Positions 28,535 to 42,910 of a stretch of 64,000 nucleotides of DNA are shown piece by piece; the first letter of the stretch is position 1; every line of letters starts with the position of its first letter. Origin of the DNA: Lingula anatina (taxonomy: Eukaryota > Animalia > Brachiopoda); NCBI GenBank assembly GCA_051362555.1, contig CM120646.1, positions 11,966,001 through 12,030,000 of the forward strand. Reading direction: 5' to 3'. A model generated the notes under the pieces. It saw only the letters and a program-made list of their open reading frames with translations. It ran no database searches and was not told where the DNA came from. Made by a program: the position numbers and the translations under genes.

Positions 28535-31500
28535 CACTGGCCAATATTTGCAGCAAGCAGGCTTAAGTGTTAGTTGCCGTAACACTCCTAGGTAATGATA
28601 TTATCAATGGTCAGTTCTTCACTCTAGCCAAACTGGTCAGTAAAGTTGATATTCTAGTCAAGCCTTGTCTTCTCAAAACAACAAATGAAAGGTCACTGGA
28701 AGTGGTCAGCTTGCTTGGTATGTATGTCCAGTGCAAGTCCACTCAACTGATTACCCTAAATCAAATTTCTAGCTCAAGATCTGATAACCCTCTCAGAAAT
28801 TCCAAATTTTCAGTTCTTCTTCTCTACCAACTGACCAGCCAACACAGAGTCCATTCAGTGTCCAGTCCAGTTCAGTCCACTATTTATCAGTGTAATTCCT
28901 CAGCTATATCCACGCAATGTTTTCAACATTCCAATAACACCAGGAAAAAACAGCAGCTTACGTTACCCAGTGCGCTTTAACACAAGGGCACTTACATTAA
29001 TGGGCCCCGTCCTGTCCTATGCCAGTAAATAGATTGGAACAGCGCGGTGGTGGCTATAATATGTTATGTTACTATTATGCATACTATCTATCTATATAAA
29101 TATCCCTGAAGGACTGTATCCACACACACTCACACATACAAATACAGTGTGATGGTCCGTGCTCACCGCTGGCTCCACCAGATAAAACAGAAGTTGTTAT
29201 CTCCGCAAGCTATACGATTATATATGCTTAACTCTGCACACCAAACTGACCACAGGCAACTAACAGTGACCTCTCGACCTTTGGCTGACCAATGACCAAT
29301 AGAAGCAAGCTAGGTGGTGCTGGTCAGCCTTAACCACTGCGGAGTTAATGTGAAATGAAAGTGGCCCAGGTCGTGGATAGTTAATGTGGGGGCAGTAAGG
29401 TATATGGCATTACTTTCCTCATCCATCCTGGTACTGTTCATATCAATTCACCAATGATATAAGCCAACGTGGGCCATTCCTGGGGCTACCAATGGTGTAA
29501 GTTTAAACTGAACTCCTCTGGCTAAGATTATGTCACTGCCAAGGGTACAGCAGGGGGGTGTACACATCTGACATTCCTTACAATTGTGCAGATGCTGGGG
29601 CCAAAGTGGGAGGGTGAGAGAAGTAAACGCCCAATGCAATTTTCCTCGGAAAATATGGCGACAGTGGAAGAGAAACAATGGATCACAAGCACAGGTTATG
29701 TAATGTCTTTAAAATGTCACAGCTGATGAGGATGGAGTTGAGGGGTACCAACGTGCGGCATTCCTGGGGCTCCAACTGTAATTTGACACTGAAATGCTAA
29801 CATCACAACACTGCTGAGGGTTTAATAGGGGTGTACACATATGGGAAATCTTGGCTTTACTTGCCAATAGAATGTCACTGGTAAGTCAGAAACTGGATGA
29901 TGTTGATATCTGCTACAGATGGTACAAATGGAGAATTTTTAAATCCTAAAATAAAGCAAAGTTTATCAATTCTGAGGGTGGAAAAGGTAGGTACAAGTGT
30001 AATTCTACCACATATGATTGGTGCTTTTATTTGTAATTTTTTTATATATCACTAGAATGGTTCTAGCTAGTGCCAGGGTTCCGGGTTCTGATGCTAGGGT
30101 TCACTTATCCTTATTTACCTCTTAGCCATCTAAGTTGTGTTTCATAGAGTATAGATCTAAAACACCCTGTCTTCTAACTCATTTGTATAGATTATTATTG
30201 TCTTGACAAAGTTTTTTTTACCATAACTGGTGACAGTGATCCTCTTGGATATTCCAATACATTTATTTTTTTTAACACGTTTATTAGTTTATGAGAATTA
30301 TAATTAGTGTACATATATGGAGAAGGCAAATCGCTATAAGCATTATATGTTCATCTAAGATAACTTTAAAATGTAACTAAATTACTAATTAATGTATATT
30401 CATTATAGAGAAAAAAAGAAAAAAAGTCATATTATGATAAAAATTGATTGGGTGCGATTCTTTCTAAGAAAATTTAGACCAATAATGCAAAACTGATTTT
30501 GTAGTCTGCTATCAAATTTTAGCAGTGTAAGCTGTAAGACAGGTCCCCTGAGTGCTTTTTAAATATTTTTCTCAATATTATCTTTTCTTTTCTTTTCTTC
30601 AACATCACCTCAATGTCTTCCCATTTAAAACCAACTCCATCAGATCATGAAGACAAAAAGATGGTTATTTCCAGTAATTCAAGAGACTCCTTAAGCCCCA
30701 GCTGGTTTTCTACTTTCCAGCCAATTACTTTTAACCCTTAGCAGCCTCAAAAGTGAACGCTTTTCCTGAGATATTTCATTAACATGGTTCTAACTGCCTG
30801 TCCATGTTCACTTTCCCTTTGGTGGCCCCTCAAATCCTTATAACTGTCCATTGTGTAATCCCCATCAAATTATTCCCTTTCAGTTGACATTGCTTCCAAC
30901 ATGCTATTTTTCTCTGTTTGATATCCAAACAACTGGACACAATATTTGCCATCATCTATTGAGGTCTCCCCCCCCCCCCCCCCCCCATCCTCTTCTCACC
31001 TAATACTGGACACTATTTAAAACCTCCTATAAAGTCTCATGACTTCAAATAAAATTCACCACTTCTCCAGATGTTTAAACACTTCTCCAACAGTCTAAGT
31101 CACTGATGTCTCCCGAATTATTAATATTTCTTTCATTGGCAGCCTCGCAATTTTGATGTTCCTTTTTTAAAAAAAATCCCCAAAAAACTCAAAACTCATT
31201 CCCAAAACTCAAAACCTAGGATTAGCTCCTTGGTAGCCCCAGGTAGCGCTGACCAACTATCATATTATTAATGGCAGATGAGATGGTTATGGACTTCAGA
31301 ATAAGCTACACTTCATTATATGAAGATGCATAAATGCACTGCTGGCATCATTATATATATCATAATCTATCAATGTAAAGTATGCTGGACCTGCTGCAAT
31401 AAAATACAGAATTAACAAAAGTGGTGACTGATTGATTGATTATTATTGTTCATCCATATCATGCCCAGGTGCATTATCTTTTTTCTTTACAAAATATGAA

Positions 31501-32022
31501 CTAAATTGAAACAAATGATCAGGACATGTTAGTGAAAGTTCCCTGATCTTAAGGTTTTTTTTTTTTTTTTTTTGAAAAGGTCACAAATGTTGCAGTAAAT
31601 ACCTGTACGCAATACAAGTGCAAGGACATTCTTAAAAAGTTATAAAAAAACTCTTTATAGTTAATATCACAAATATTTACATAGCTAGCACATCTTGTGT
31701 CATGCTCGTTTTCTATTTTCTTTCTTTTAAATCTTCTTAACGCAGATGTAATTGACAAGACCTCATGGTGGCAAGGCGACTTGACTCACTTTGCGAGATC
31801 CTGGGGGCACTAAATGGTTGTTGCATGATTTTCTCATCACATACAAAAAGATTCAATGAGCTGCAGTCATCCAGAAAGACAGCATGCTCAGATAGATACA
31901 CGATAACAGGCTAAAAAGGATTTCTAAAAAGGAACTTCATCAGACTAAAATTTTTATCTATTTCAAATTAATCTAAGCATTAGTAATTACATAGTGGTGC
32001 ACCCTTTCAAGTATATAGTTCA

Positions 32023-32063
<41 letters not shown>

Positions 32064-34622
32064 TTTAAAATGTTAGCTATTATTGTGCTATAAATCAGAC
32101 CAAATAATTCATCGAAGTGAACTGCTACCGAACTGTCTTAATTGAGTCAAAACGGACTAAAAGTTTGGCTTTTAATGAAAATACAAACTACAAGCTAACA
32201 GTACAAAAAGGCCCCCTGGCAATATATGTTAGTAACACTCTGTACTCCGTAGCACCTTGGTTATATTCATTTTGTAATTATGTGACTGCAGGCAATATTC
32301 CACATGTTTATTGTCCATTTCCACACCTAGCAGACTATTTGGTGATTAGTGTACAAAAGAGAAAAAAAAAACAGCAATGAAAGACTGAGCAAATATTTTC
32401 TCTCTCTTAATTCTCTCCATTACATAGCTCTCCTATAGCTCTCTCTTTTAATTCATTTTTCTCTCTGTCAGTGCAATGAAATGATGCACACATAACAATT
32501 GCAAAAATGGGCTGCACATCAATAATGCAAAGGAACATGGTTAATGTTTCAAAAACCCACTGTCAAAGCTCTAATCGCTAAAAGCCATCATCATACAATT
32601 TTCATAGATATGCACAGAGAACGTTAACCCTGTGGACACGATGATATTTTTTAAAAATGCAGCTAAAAAATCAGCTAGATGTTGGTCATATGGCACATAT
32701 TTTTTACAAGCCCCTGGTCTTAAACACTACATTAGCATTGGTAACTTTACTATTTATGTTTAATTTTTGCATTATTAAATATTGCTCAATAAAATATCTC
32801 AAAACACTGTTTTTGAACCACATATATGCAACCTGGACTTAAAATGCAAATCCCCTACTGTTGTATCAGTTACTACTGTTCTGTCAATGTTTCTGACCCC
32901 ATTCTCCTCCAAATCCCACAAAATCCCGTTGCTTTTTATTTCTGAATCACATAACTTTGGCCTAACTTGAGATATCCCCATTACAATGAAAAAAAGGTAG
33001 ACTAGAATGACAGTTAAAAATCACATCAACATAGCCTGCAAAATATACCTGGCATGCTATTCCATTCAATTATAACATTTTAACTTAGTATGACCATCTC
33101 TGTATACTAAACGTGATCACAATATCTAACCACAAAAGATCTATTAATCTTGTGCTGTCCCATCATTGGTCATAGAAATTGTGGCAAGTTGCCTGCTGCT
33201 GTTGACACACGAAACCTAAGAGTTACGCTAGTATGTTGTTCTGAATAACTGAAAACAGATATCGTATAATGATATATATGCCACATCCAAAATTACAGGA
33301 GGTAATATTCATGTATACAGATATTTAAGGGAATGCATGTTTGACACATTTGTCAGCATGTCATATGTGTAAGTATCCATATGTTGACAAATGTATGCTA
33401 GTTAACACGTTTTACATATGTCTTATTATAATGCATGTGTGAAAGTTGTAAAAACTGGAAATCCTGCAAATGAACTGGCAAATTTTCATTGCACTTAGAC
33501 CATATGAAAAAACGATCAAAATGAAGACGGAAAATCCTGAAAGAATGTATAACCTTGAAAACTTTCACCTGCAATTATATTATGTTGTTCTAGCAATAAA
33601 TATGTAAAGTTCGGTGAAGGGCTAACAGCAATAATCTTTCTTTTCTATAGGTTAAAACTCAATACTTACCCATGAACCACAGATTCAGCATTTTCTTATT
33701 TGACAAGTACATTTTACAATTAATGGTAATAAAAACATGAAAATGATAATTTCTCACAAAACTCAAATAAACTGATTAATTTTATTTTCCAAAAGGATGT
33801 CATTCCATAATGATAAGAAGACTGAAATGATGTGAATTTCTTTTTTTCTTTTTTTTTAGGTATTTAAAATGTATGGATTATTACTATACTGATCACGTTT
33901 TTGGTCAGGTTGATCGCATGACAAAAACAAGCTCAATCCGACCACTACATGCAAACATCACACCAAATATACACAGGACATAAAAACACATCGACCGATT
34001 ACCACACCTTAATCAGGCATCTTCAGTTTATGTATTACCGTGGTAACGGTTGTTAATCCGTTCTTACTGGTGCAATTCCATTATGTGAGTCTCGAGAGGG
34101 TTCGAATAATGATTGGCCAGGCAACCAGACTCTAGGCTCATCTAATAAATACAGGCTATCCAGCGATTAAAATGTTTGGTTCCAAAACATGTTGTTGTTG
34201 TTTTTTTTTAGGTTAAAGCTTAACTTCTTTTTTCAACAAATGAGTAATAAAACAACATCAATGTTCAACAAATCAGGAATAAAATTGGTGAAAATAACAT
34301 CCTTGGCCCATGCAATCCAATTCAATAGGTGCTAAAAGGGGTTTTATTTGGTTATATAATTTACTTTGCAAGGAGAAAATGACTTCAATAATCCAATTTC
34401 TTTAGTCACTCAAGAGTATTACTTGAAAATGTAGTACTCTCTATTTAAGATAAATCAAGTTCTTTATAATTAAAAATAGCTATCCATTTTTATCTTTAGC
34501 CAAACAGTCACTTCTTATCTTCAGCCAAAATGTTAGCAAATTTTTCATTGCATCGCATGGATGTGAATATCTTTTCACAAGTTTATTTTATGGAGGTAAA
34601 CTAATATATATCCGTATCTTAC

Positions 34623-34775
34623 CACCATAGCTGGGATCGAGGAGGTAGTCAGCCATAGGACCCATGAGGTGCGCCCGTGCCTGTGCGATGCGTTTTTCCG
34701 ACAACCGTCTCATGGGGACTGGCTTTGCTAGCGAGGCTGCTGCGGCTCCCATGTCTTTCGGGTCATCAGGATTTC
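34623..34775 (-). CDS. PAR-bZIP gene isoform 1, exon 3
   Basis: 153-bp phase 1-1 exon: ttgattccag|GA AAT CCT ... TAT GGT G|gtaaga. Encodes GNPDDPKDMGAAAASLAKPVPMRRLSEKRIAQARAHLMGPMADYLLDPSYG and joins in frame to D-L-Q of the last exon. Confidence 0.85.
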
Positions 34776-35278
34776 CTGGAATCAACAATGTCGATGTTTA
34801 ATTGTTTGATTCTTCTGTTCGTGTGGGAAGGGGAGTGAATAAGGAAGAGCAGGCATTTAATTTGTATTTAGAGGGATTACAAGTTTATATCAATCTCCCT
34901 TTATAAAGGTGAATATAATTTGTCAAATGAAAAGAGTATATATATGTTTTTTTTTAATCAAATAAATCAATAAACATTATTTTTGCAGTAACAGCTACAG
35001 ACAAAATATACTTGGTGTAAGAAATGTCAAAATACCCAGAGATGTACCCACAGTCAAGCACCAAATTCAATTCAAAATCTCATAGCCTGGTGCTAAATAT
35101 CTAAGTGCATTAGAGGAGACTTCTTCTGATATCCACATCACGCAGGGAATGCCAACTGATTGTGATAGGGGGATACAGTGCAGGTCAACACACATACACT
35201 CTCTCTCACTGTGTCATCATTTCAGACACTCTCTCTCTCTCTCTCTCACACACATACACACACACCATTTCAGACTTT

Positions 35279-35313
<35 letters not shown>

Positions 35314-35330
35314 TCAATTCAGTCACTAAC

Positions 35331-35489
35331 CTGTGGGAACGCTTGGGAACATGTGCTGGTACCCTGTGGATACGGACATATCAGGGCTGTTTGGCATGGA
35401 CGCTTGACTGGATGGGTTGGCTGGATTGTCTTGGGAACCAGGGTAATGGTTACTATAGAAACCAGCTAGCTGTGACTTGCCATTTGATC
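35331..35489 (-). CDS. PAR-bZIP gene isoform 1, exon 2 (not in the ORF track in this frame)
   Basis: 159-bp phase 1-1 exon: ttcaatttcag|GA TCA AAT ... CCC ACA G|gttagt. Open frame GSNGKSQLAGFYSNHYPGSQDNPANPSSQASMPNSPDMSVSTGYQHMFPSVPT. Confidence 0.85.
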
Positions 35490-37656
35490 CTGAAATTGAA
35501 TTAGTTTTTTAAATAAGATGATTTTTCTTCTTAAGTTTTTTTTTCCCCAGGGATGCCATTTAGTGGACAAGTTGGATAATATGGAGTGATGTCTAAGGGA
35601 GCACCTTGGCCAATGATATTTTTGGCTCCCAAAAAATTGGGGAATCTGCCGATAGTCAGAAAAATAACATCTGTGTGTGCCACAAAACATGTGACTCAGA
35701 GGTAGAATCACAATTACTAAGGTTTTATTCATTGCTCCAAAAATCCACCATGAACTGGGAAAACTAAATAAGTGTATCTTGTGATATTTCTTCATCAATT
35801 GTAAGAGTGCAATATTTACTAGTATACTAAAAACGATTCATTTCGGATTTTTCACTTGAAAAAAAAATAACAAACACATGCACCATACTATGACCATTTT
35901 CATTTAAAAACCAATAATTTCCTTAGACAGGGAAAATTTATATAAACTCCCTGCTCTGTGTGGGCCGACTCTTTTACAGACAACCGACTTCTGAATCAGT
36001 TGAAAATACGTCTTTAAGAAACAAGATAAGTGGTTTCCATCTGTCTCTCTCAAATCGGCCAAGTCCCATGTCATCTTATCTCCCCACAATGAGACCCTGA
36101 GATCAATAAAAGTATATTTATACATGCACTCATTCCCACTCCCTCCGAGCACTAGCAAAGATGGAATCATGTCTTTATAAAAACCTTCTGCAATGACCAG
36201 AAATAAAACCAATGCAGCCACACCAAAGACATTTTTCACTGACCTGGTCAAATGATTTGATTTCATTAGTTTTAAATATAACCATACATCCTGTATGAAG
36301 GGGAACAACAAAGGTGTTAACATTATAATGGGCAAAAGTATCTTTGGTAAAGACAGTAGAAAGATAGCGGTGAACAGCAATGGATGAAATACATTATCTT
36401 ATTGAGAAAAATATGGGAAAGCCAAGGAAAAAATAATGAACTTCACTTTCCCTATATAATAACTGGTTTATCTTCAATTTGTTGAATCATTGTCAATTCA
36501 AATTCATTTTGCCAAACCATATCATTGGTGTGGGGAAAAAAAAAGCTAATAAGCCCTCAAATTCAAAGAAACTAAATCCCAAAAGCAAACCCTGCACCGA
36601 GACCCAGGTTGCCTTGGCAACCATCCCACCATGCAACCTAATAATGTCCATCGAGAGACAAGAGTTACACAATTCCATCTCCTGCAATTTAATCTAATCT
36701 GACTACAGTGAAAAGCACAGGGAAGCCCACCGCTCTATGATTAGGAACAATGCAGCCCCTGGTTCTCTTTGTAATGGTGGAAGAATGCCTTCCTCTTGAG
36801 CACAGGTGTACCTTACAATTTGATCAGCTTACTTGGGGCTTGGTTTACGAAGATGGACTAAATCAAGCGCTGGACTTGTGTTGATTATCTCACCCTGATG
36901 TAATCTAAGCAGCCATAATGGACCACAGGGGTCTGGTAACGCAGGGCCATGGGGGGAAGTCTCAAAATGTGCTGAATGTTTTTTAGTTTCACCACAACCC
37001 ATATCTTTATAATGATCTATTTGACTGTAGATTTCACTTTGAAAATTGGTAATTTAATTACGCTCCTTAATGGGCCTCAAATTTAATTCTGAATAGGTTT
37101 TGATTCTTCGTGAGTGTATACATTTATGTTTAAGGGGGTGTTACCAGTAGAACGTACTATGAAAAAATAAATATATAAAATAATTCCCAAGAGACTAAGT
37201 TGCACTGTAATATTGAAGATGGCTGGAACAAAAAACAAGCTTTCCACTGGAAAAATAGCTCCTTCTGCAAAACACAGCTGGTAGGATTAATATGTAGACA
37301 AGCAAGCTCAAACATGAAAAAAAAAAGGTGTAAAACAAGTCCCAAGAAAAATGTCAACATTGGGACTTGCAAGTCGAAGATAATTTCCATGACTGGTTTA
37401 ATATCTCATAGAGGCCCGGAATACCTTCTTGTTTCTGATACTACACTGACATGACATAATGCAAAAATAATAAATTATACATAAAAGAAGACCAATATGA
37501 GGAGATAATTGCATTCCTCACTCAGTCAGCAATGTTAGAGTGATACATCATTGGTGCATGATGTTTTCACCACTTGTTTGAAAGGAAGAAGTCACAATGC
37601 TTCTCCAGATCTGATTCGACTCCAACAGAAGCAAAAAGTACCCTTTTTTCTTCATG

Positions 37657-37688
<32 letters not shown>

Positions 37689-38186
37689 CTCTCTCTCTCA
37701 TCTTTTCAGCCCCTGCCCTTTGCTCCTTAAGATCCCTTTATGCAGTCTGTCCCTGCTGTACACCAGCCCTCTAAATCCCAAGTGAAATAAATTGGCCATT
37801 CAAGATTGCAACTCCATTTTCTTGCCCATATCAAAAGACTAGACATCTTTGAAGAAGCTATAGACAGTTTCATTAAAACGAAAACCACTTGGTATTGATT
37901 TTATTGCCATTGCCAGTTGTCATTTAACACAGTTGTACATTCTACAGATTGGCGTGTATATTGACTACGCACACCGCATTTCTAGTACAGATGTCATAGA
38001 CCTCGGTCATAGATGTCACGCAAGTCTTTATCCAATGACCCATCTGATCATCTCATCTCCAACAATTGAACAGAAAGGATGGCAGCACCCAAACCGGGGG
38101 GGGGGGGGGGGGGGGGGGGAGGGGGGGGGGAGGGGGGGGGAGATGGAGGGGAATAGTTCCCCAGTAATAAAGAAATAGATCTATAA

Positions 38187-38729
38187 GACTGCATTCTCAA
38201 CGAATTGAGCCAGGCTTTACAAGTCCTGAGAACTAAAAATGGCAGACATACATGAAAGAAAAAACGCCTAATCTTTTAATAGTCTCTCCGCCTCTCACAC
38301 GCCTCCCCACACGTCGTCCCTGCGTACAGTAATTTAATCTCGGCTCCGAACATGAATATCTCCGTGAATATCTCTGGTGATATTATCTCCGTAGATAGTC
38401 AATTCATTGCTGCTCTGCGCGCCAATTCATTCCTTTTTCGTCTCTGTTTTGAAAGATAATAGAACAGAAGAGCTTTTTTCCTTCGATCGCCTACAGCCGC
38501 CATGCTTTCTTCACCACGAGTTTAACTGATGAGCATGCGCACTTAATATTTCTCAGGTAGCGAGCGGAGCCGAGATTTGATTACTGTACCCCTCAGGGAC
38601 GACGTGTGGGGAGGCGTGTGAGAGGCGGAGAGACTATTAAAAGATTAGGCGGTTTTTCTTTCATGTACATCCGCCATTTTTAGTTCTCAGGATTTGTAAA
38701 GCCTGACTCAATTCGTTGAGAATGCGGTC
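38187..38729. mobile_element. PIF/Harbinger-type non-autonomous element with ~160-bp TIRs
   Basis: TAA|GACTGCATTCTCAACGAATTGAG... and ...CTCAATTCGTTGAGAATGCGGTC|TAA. Arms of about 38187-38348 and 38565-38729 are highly complementary; TAA target duplication. Confidence 0.88.
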
Positions 38730-41248
38730 TAAGAGCACCTAATAGAATATTCTTTCAATCTCACCGAGGGAAGGGTGGGAAAAGAGTCTGACTAAAATCA
38801 AAATATATGCATAAATGCCATACTTAGGCTAGTTTAGTACTTTCATCTATTCAGGAATGTTAAGCAATGCTAGAAAAACTTTTTTTCATAATTTTTTACA
38901 AAAGAGACTTATCCAACTTTATTGTGCCATCACATCATATAAACAGACTAAAACAGTATAATATAGCTGCCAAACATACTGAAAAATCTTGGGACTTTTG
39001 TTTTAGAACACAATTTACGACAGGGCACAATTTCCTGTTGAATAGGTAATTTACTAGTAACCATCTTGCACAGTATTTCACTCAGCTTCATCTAAGTTTT
39101 CAACTTATGGACTGGAACCAATTTATTGATGAGTACATTTCAGCGACAATTAGCCAAAAGTTGATAAAGAGACCATGCACATTCCGTTGGTATTATGCAT
39201 GATGTTATGCAATCAACAGCACCTACACTTACTGAAAGCATGCGTAACAACAACTCTGTTCCCCGAACAAAACATTTTCGAAAAACTCCAATAAGCCATT
39301 AAGTATCAATATAACACATCTATACAGACTCAGTCAATAAAATGGTCGCTGAGTGGTTAACAGCAGACAGCAAATGACCAATGTAGCCTAAAGATGTTTT
39401 TCTCCCAGTGTTGGAAATCCAATATCAATGATTTAATCAAAGTCAGGGCTGAAAAGCTGCTACTTTTCAATGTTTGTTTTCTTAACAAACGATAAAATGA
39501 TACTGTAGAGATTGACTGGTATAAATTGCCCCCACCACAAAATGACGGTCTGATATATATAATATGTATTGTTGTCGGCTTCAGTGCTGGAAAATGACAT
39601 TTTCTACATTGAGACTCAATTCAGACCTCTTCTTAAACTTTTCAAAACAGTTAGATAAAAATGACTTCAGTGTTTCAGATTCTGAAAACTTTTTTTTTTC
39701 TTGGGGAGGGGAGGGCGTAGAGGAATTGAACCTTCTAGATTGGCAAGAAAGTGATAAAATTGGCTCACAATCAATTTTATCTGACAGGTTTCCTGATGGT
39801 TTATTTTCCATAAAGCAGAAACGATTGTGTTGGTTTGGGTTTGGGTAGTTAGAATGTGTTTGAGGTGAAATCTGCTTAAAAGCCCAAGCCCAGGGACTGT
39901 CTTGGCACCCCATATTTGTATTGTCATAGATGCTATTTCTGGAAACATTCGCTTCGCTTTCACTTACTAAGTGACTTAAATATAATTATTATTGAATGCT
40001 CCCATTAAAATTTCAAATTTGGCTAGAAGCAATTAGAAGCAGATGCTGACTCGTGCATTCATAAAACCACTACCAAACAAAAAAAATTTTTAAACGTTTT
40101 TTAGCTAAATGATAATTTGTGCAATAAAATATTTGTATGGTTTTCATTTTACTTAATTTTATTTACTGTAATTACTCAATCTTTTTTAGGGGGAAAATGA
40201 TTAATCTTTGAGTCATTTTAGTCATGTAAGGTACAGGGCTTCTCCTATGGGTATTACACTATTACTACGTATTTTCAAATTGTTCACAATGGCTATATTA
40301 AGACTGAAATGCTTAAAGTATCTTTTGTGTCCATAATCCATCCTTAATCAAAACTGGTTTGAAATGTTTTGTCTTGTTTCTAAAAGAACAAGGCAGCAAA
40401 GCTGTCAAATGTACAGACAAAAAGCAGGAAATAACTATGCACAAAATAGGCTACTGTCAATTCTGAAGCAAAAGTACATTATGTTTAACTGCAAATTCAA
40501 CATCAAATTTTAATTATGCTCAACAGGTAATACCAATGTAAGTAAAATGTGTAACAAGCATAAGGCTTCAGGCCCATGGCAGTTCAAGTTCACACTTTGA
40601 AAATGTATAACTTCCAGAAAAAGAAGCCAATTAGACTGCTTTTCCAACTCAGGCTGCATTTTAGTCCTGTATTTCTTTTCTGAACGTTTGGCAATCATCA
40701 GTAACATGGTTTTCCCATAATGGTCATCATGGCAGCAGCACCCAAAATTGTGTTTTCTTCTATTCTGATGCAATATTACATAGTGGTTAACAGAATAATG
40801 ACCGTCAGTTTTTAATAATAAAATATACATATCATGGATTTTCAGAAAATGTGACTAGCATGGGTCTTCAAGCCCATGGAACTTCAAAGTCACACCTTGA
40901 AAATGCCAATATGTGAAAAATTAAATTTTCACAAAAAAAAACTATTTAACTAGCAGAAAGAATTACCAAACAGACTGCATTGCCTACTGAAGCTGTATTT
41001 TAGTCCCATGTTTCTTTCCTGTAAGTTTGAGAACAGTAAGTGACATGATTTTTCTTAAAGGGTCATCATGGGAGCAGTGCCCAAACTATTTTTTTCCAAA
41101 TTTTGATGCAATATTACATAACGTTTAACAGCATAATGACCATCAATTTTTAATAATAAAATATATTATGGATATTCAGAAAATGTGACTAGCAAAGGTC
41201 TTCAGGCCCATGGAACTTCAAAGTCACAACTTGAAAATGCCAAAATGT

Positions 41249-42452
41249 AAACAAGACAGCACTGTTCTGAAATGTTTTTTTTCCATTTTTAACACTTTTT
41301 TAACATAAAACAAAATTAACAGTTTACTGCCATTTTTATATGATCAACTAAGAAAATTGATGAGATGTGAAAAATATCAATAAAACGGTGTCAAATGTCC
41401 AATTTCCTCCATTCTGAGTTTCTGAACATAGTGAATGATTGAATCTTACAAACTGCAATGATATGAGTTTATTTCCATTTTTGACACCTTATTACACAAT
41501 ACACGATAACAAGTTTACCATCATTTTTACATAATCAACTAACAATGTTGTAAAGATGCAGGAAATGTCAAACAAACACTTTTACTTATCTTATTAATTA
41601 AATAATGAAACTGTTAACATGCCTAAAAATTGAATCTGAGGAAATGTGAAACAAGACAGCACTATTCTGAAATGGGTTTATTTCCATTTTTAACACTTTT
41701 TTAACATAAAACAAAATTAACAGTTTACTGCCATTTTTATATGATCAACTAAGAAAATTGATGAGATGTGAAAAATATCAATAAAACGGTGTCAAATGTC
41801 CAATTTCCTCCATTCTGAGTTTCTGAACATAGTGAATGATTGAATCTTACAAACTGCAATGATATGAGTTTACTTCCATTTTTGAAACTTTATTACACAA
41901 TACACGATAACAAGTTTACCATCATTTTTACAAAATCAACTAACAATGTTGTAAAGATGCAGGAAATGTCAAACAAACACTTTTACTTATCTTATTAATT
42001 AAATAATGAAACTGTTAACATGCCTAAAAATTGAATCTGAGGAAATGTGAAACAAGACAGCACTATTCTGAAATGGGTTTATTTCCATTTTTAACACTTT
42101 TTTAACATAAAACAAAATTAACAGTTTACTGCCATTTTTATATGATCAACTAAGAAAATTGATGAGATGCGATAAATATCAATAGAACAGTGTCAAATGT
42201 CCAATTTCCTCCATTCTGAGTTTCTGAACATAGTGAATGATTGAATCTTACAAACTGCAATGATATGAGTTTATTTCCATTTTTGACACCTTATTACACA
42301 ATACACGATTACAAGTTTACCATCATTTTTACGTAATCAACTAACAATGTTGTAAAGATGCAGGAAATGTCAAACAAACACTTTTACGTATCTTATTAAT
42401 TAAATAATGAGACTGTTAACATGCCTAAGAATTGAATCTGAGGAAATGTGAA
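41249..42452. repeat. 3 x ~401-bp tandem repeat, each unit an internal ~200-bp dimer
   Basis: ACAAGACAGCACT recurs at 41251, 41651 and 42052. The TTTCCATTTTT(A/G)ACAC...ATCAACTAA sub-block occurs twice per unit. Confidence 0.92.
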
Positions 42453-42910
42453 AAAACAGCATAACTTATAAAAAAATGGTCTGATTATGCTGATTTTCGA
42501 ACTTGACCTGCGTTTTAGTAAAATTGATTACTCCTGTGAGTTTCATGACAACAGGCCTATGGGTTTTCCTTGAAATGTGTTAACAGTGTTGCATATATGC
42601 TGAAAAGTGAAAAAACAGCATAACTACTAAAATAGTGGCCCGATCATGCCGATTTTCGAACTTGATCTGCGTTTTAGTAAGATTGATTACTCCTGCGAGT
42701 TTCATGACAACAGGCCTATCAGTTTTCCTTGAAATGTGTTAACAGTGTTGCATATATGCTGAAAAGTGAAAAAACAGCATAAATTCTACAATAATGGCCC
42801 GATCATGCTGATTTTCGAACTTGACCTGTGTTTTATGAATATTCATCAGCTCTGTAAATATAAAGCCAAAAAGTAAAACTGTCTTCCACTTATGGTGTTA
42901 ACGCTGAAAG
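42448..42910. repeat. 3 x 159-bp tandem repeat
   Basis: GTGAAAAAACAGCATAA at 42448, 42607 and 42766; each unit contains GATTTTCGAACTTGA(C/T)CTG. Confidence 0.9.

Noticed and set aside
28567-28980. 137-aa + strand ORF
   Set aside because: GTG start, no recognisable motif, and antisense to the internal promoter region; probably a chance ORF.
35904-36380. 158-aa minus-strand ORF with hydrophobic stretches
   Set aside because: TTG start, AT-rich intron-like composition, no domain, and no splice sites fitting the bZIP model.
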